Positions 61,096 through 64,000 of a stretch of DNA of 64,000 nt are shown here, in pieces. Source of the DNA: Acidobacteriota bacterium (GTDB lineage: Bacteria > Acidobacteriota > UBA6911); NCBI GenBank assembly GCA_963664705.1, contig OY761556.1, positions 5,888,001 to 5,952,000 of the forward strand. The letters are read 5' to 3'. A program made the position numbers and the translations under genes. Position 1 is the stretch's first letter; each line of letters begins with the position of its first letter. The notes beneath the pieces are model-generated. The model worked only from the letters and a program-made list of their open reading frames with translations. It ran no database searches and was not told where the DNA came from.

Positions 61096-63975
61096 ATGGG
61101 TCAACCGGTCACTCCCTCCATCCAGTCCCTGGAAGATAAAATTCAGGCTGCTCCCTTTCTGATTCATGATGCCCGGAAAATGTGGCTGATAATTTCGGGC
61201 AGCCTGGATTTATTCCTTGTCAGCGTCAACGACGGCAATTCCTATGGGGCGAGGACCCATGTGCTCCGCGCCGGGTGCGGTTCCGCTGTCTTTGGCGTGG
61301 ATTGCGCTCCCTCGTCCATCGAGCAGCTGCTGGCGGTTCCCGGACCCGGATGTCGAATCCGGGAGCTATCCTGCGGGGAGACGCTCGACAACCAGGAGAT
61401 GGAAAAGCTGCTGGACGGTTGGATATCAGGGCTGTCCTCAGCGGCAGCAAGAGATCTGGTTCCCCAAAACGTCGAGTATCTGCAGCCTGCTTCAAAGCTG
61501 GAGCTCAGCGAGGCAAAAGCGGTTCTGAGCCGCAAAGGTGTCCTGTGGGTGCGGTTGATCAAGGGGGCCGCGCGGTTCCTGGGCGAGTATGATCTGGCAA
61601 CCGGTGAGGGTTCTACTCCTTTTCCTCTTACCGAATCCACATGGCTGCAGGCTGAAAAGGATTGCTCCTTCGCGGCGATCACGGCCGGCCGGGACTTGAT
61701 TTTCGGAACAGATACGCAGACCGGAGGATTAGGGCTGTTCCATGAGCGAGTTTTGAATTGCCTTATTCAAAACCGGCGGCGCGACGAGGAAAAAGAGAAG
61801 GAACGGATTGCGCGTCGGAATGAAGCGGACCGTGACCGCGTCGATCAATCCATGCAGCTTCTGGCTTCACCCCTGCTGGAAAAACAGGAGGTCCCGGAGG
61901 GAGCTGAAGGCGATCCACTGATTCTTGCGTGCGGGGTCCTGGGTAAAAAACTCGGAATTCAGTTCAAACCCGCTCCGGGGCCAATTCCAAAGAGCGAAGA
62001 ACCTGTAATCGCAATTGCGCGCGCATCGAACGTCCGCGTCCGCAGTGTGGCCCTGAAAGGCAAATGGTGGAACGAGGATAACGGTCCCCTGCTGGGCCGC
62101 CGCGAGAGTGATCAGATGCCGGTTGCGCTCCTGCCGTCTTCCGCCAGGAGCTATGATTTGTATGATCCGGTTGCCCGCACCTATGCCCGCGTTGATGAGA
62201 GCGTCGCGCGAACCCTGGAAGTTTTCGCGTGGCAATTCTATCGTCCCTTTCCCGCGAAGGAACTCGGGTTGTTCGATTTGATCCGGTTTGGCTTCAACGA
62301 CTGCCGCGGCAGCCTTGGCACCATGCTCCTGATGGGAGCGGCAACCGGCGTGCTGGGAATGTCCATTCCTGTGGGCACCGGGATCCTGTTCGATTCCATC
62401 ATTCCCGGGGCAAACCGTTCCCAGCTTCTTCAGATGCTCGTGTTGATGGCGGTCGTGTGTGTCTGCACAACGCTTTTCCAGATTGTCCAGAACATTGCAG
62501 TGCTTCGAATTCGCGGCAAAATGGACGCGTCGGTACAGGCGGCGGTTTGGGACCGGCTGCTGAGCTTGCCCGTGCCTTTTTTCAGGGATTTTACGGCGGG
62601 GGATCTTGCTACCCGAAGTCTGAGTATCAGCGCAATCTGGGACATCCTGACGGGATCGGTCCTTTCGTCACTTCTCTCTGGACTATTCTCTATCTTCAGC
62701 TTCGTACTCCTCTTCTACTATAGCTGGAAGCTCGCTCTATTGGCGACCGGTCTTACCGTGGTCACGGCGCTGGTAACCATTTTCAGCGGTTACCAGGAAG
62801 TGCGTTGCCGGCGGGAGACAGCGCAAATTCAGGGGCATCTTTCCGGAATGCTGCTCCAGTTTATCAATGGCATTGCAAAATTGAGGATTTCCGCGACAGA
62901 AAATCGCGCTTTTGCATCGTGGGCAAAAGAGTTTACCCGTCAGAAAAAGTCCTCCATCCGGAGCCGGAAGGTTTCGGTCCGGCTTGCGGTATTCACGTCG
63001 GTATTTCCAGTTCTCGGTTCTGCGGTAATTTTTTATGCCATGTCTTCTCTGTCTGGGGGGGCTGAAAGCCTGTCGTTATCAACCGGGAACTTCCTTGCGT
63101 TCAATGCGGCGTTTACCCAATTCGAATTTGCCGTTCTCGCCTTAAGTTCCGCGCTGATTTCGGCTCTCCACATCGTGCCGCTGTATGAGCGTGCTCTGCC
63201 GATTCTCCAAACACTGCCGGAGGTTGATACCACAAAGAGTCACCCGGGCGAGTTGTCGGGCAATATCGAAGTGCGGCACGTAAATTTCCGTTACCGTCCC
63301 GACACCGCTCTGATCCTGCGGGATGTATCGCTCAAAATTGCATCCGGAAGGTTCGTGGCCCTGGTGGGGCCCTCCGGCAGCGGCAAGTCCACGATTTTCC
63401 GGATGCTGCTCGGATTCGAGATGCCGGAGTCGGGGGCGATCCTCTATGACAACCAGGATCAATCGCAGATCGACATGCAGGCCGTTCGGAAACAGATTGG
63501 AGTGGTGCTGCAGAGCGGACAATTGTTTGCCGACTCGATTTACAGAAACATCGTGGGTTCCGCTCCCATCACAATAGAAGAGGCATGGGAGGCAGCCTGC
63601 AAGGCAGGGATGGACAAGGATATTCAGGCAATGCCGATGGGCCTGCATACCGTGCTGGCTGAGGGTGGCGGCGGATTGTCCGGCGGGCAGCGGCAGCGGT
63701 TGATGATCGCGCGCGCCATCGTCCGGAAACCGCGCATTCTCTTTTTCGATGAAGCGACCAGTGCACTCGACAATGAGACGCAAACGATCGTGAGCCGGAG
63801 CCTGGAAAGCCTGAAGTCAACCCGGGTTGTCATTGCGCACCGGCTCAGCACAATTGCCAATGCCGATTATATCTACGTGATGGACAAAGGAACTATCGTT
63901 CAGGAAGGGACGTATCAGGACCTGATTGGCAAGCCCGGGCCTTTTGCCGATCTGGCTCGTCGGCAGATTGCCTGA
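61096..63975 (+). CDS. NHLP-system second ABC transporter ATP-binding/permease
   Basis: Long N-terminal cNMP-like region, WWNEDNGPLL, GPSGSGKST, LSGGQ, FDEATS. Confidence 0.93.
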   Translation: MGQPVTPSIQSLEDKIQAAPFLIHDARKMWLIISGSLDLFLVSVNDGNSYGARTHVLRAGCGSAVFGVDCAPSSIEQLLAVPGPGCRIRELSCGETLDNQEMEKLLDGWISGLSSAAARDLVPQNVEYLQPASKLELSEAKAVLSRKGVLWVRLIKGAARFLGEYDLATGEGSTPFPLTESTWLQAEKDCSFAAITAGRDLIFGTDTQTGGLGLFHERVLNCLIQNRRRDEEKEKERIARRNEADRDRVDQSMQLLASPLLEKQEVPEGAEGDPLILACGVLGKKLGIQFKPAPGPIPKSEEPVIAIARASNVRVRSVALKGKWWNEDNGPLLGRRESDQMPVALLPSSARSYDLYDPVARTYARVDESVARTLEVFAWQFYRPFPAKELGLFDLIRFGFNDCRGSLGTMLLMGAATGVLGMSIPVGTGILFDSIIPGANRSQLLQMLVLMAVVCVCTTLFQIVQNIAVLRIRGKMDASVQAAVWDRLLSLPVPFFRDFTAGDLATRSLSISAIWDILTGSVLSSLLSGLFSIFSFVLLFYYSWKLALLATGLTVVTALVTIFSGYQEVRCRRETAQIQGHLSGMLLQFINGIAKLRISATENRAFASWAKEFTRQKKSSIRSRKVSVRLAVFTSVFPVLGSAVIFYAMSSLSGGAESLSLSTGNFLAFNAAFTQFEFAVLALSSALISALHIVPLYERALPILQTLPEVDTTKSHPGELSGNIEVRHVNFRYRPDTALILRDVSLKIASGRFVALVGPSGSGKSTIFRMLLGFEMPESGAILYDNQDQSQIDMQAVRKQIGVVLQSGQLFADSIYRNIVGSAPITIEEAWEAACKAGMDKDIQAMPMGLHTVLAEGGGGLSGGQRQRLMIARAIVRKPRILFFDEATSALDNETQTIVSRSLESLKSTRVVIAHRLSTIANADYIYVMDKGTIVQEGTYQDLIGKPGPFADLARRQIA

Positions 63976-64000
63976 TTCAGCCGTTCTCTCAAGTGAGGAA

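Overview
Bacterial chromosomal accessory region of mid GC content, most likely from an anaerobic Acidobacteriota (inferred from a TIGR03435-type gene and PadR/membrane-protein pairs). I found no rRNA, tRNA or CRISPR. The left third is decaying and mobile-rich: two apparently identical 1342-bp IS3-family elements with unusual AG...CT ends and their own 3-bp TSDs, several pseudogenes, BrnTA and HigBA toxin-antitoxin modules, an N-terminally clipped TyrRS and an ECF sigma cluster. The middle holds NikR, a TonB-dependent receptor with a candidate NikR operator, a radical SAM enzyme, hydrolases and many PAS histidine kinases. The right end holds two glycosyltransferases and the start of an NHLP-type RiPP export cluster. 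Best novelty candidates: (1) a three-copy tandem array of a 389/390-bp unit carrying an internally deleted GxxExxY-like nuclease gene between REP-like inverted repeats (41.7-43.0 kb); (2) an orphan, miniaturised phage/eCIS baseplate-hub-like protein; (3) a membrane-anchored DeoR-type ligand-binding domain with no HTH; (4) an NHLP exporter whose adaptor lacks the alpha-hairpin, next to glycosyltransferases; (5) a ~100-nt candidate structured RNA. All family calls come from motif recognition by eye; no database searches were run.
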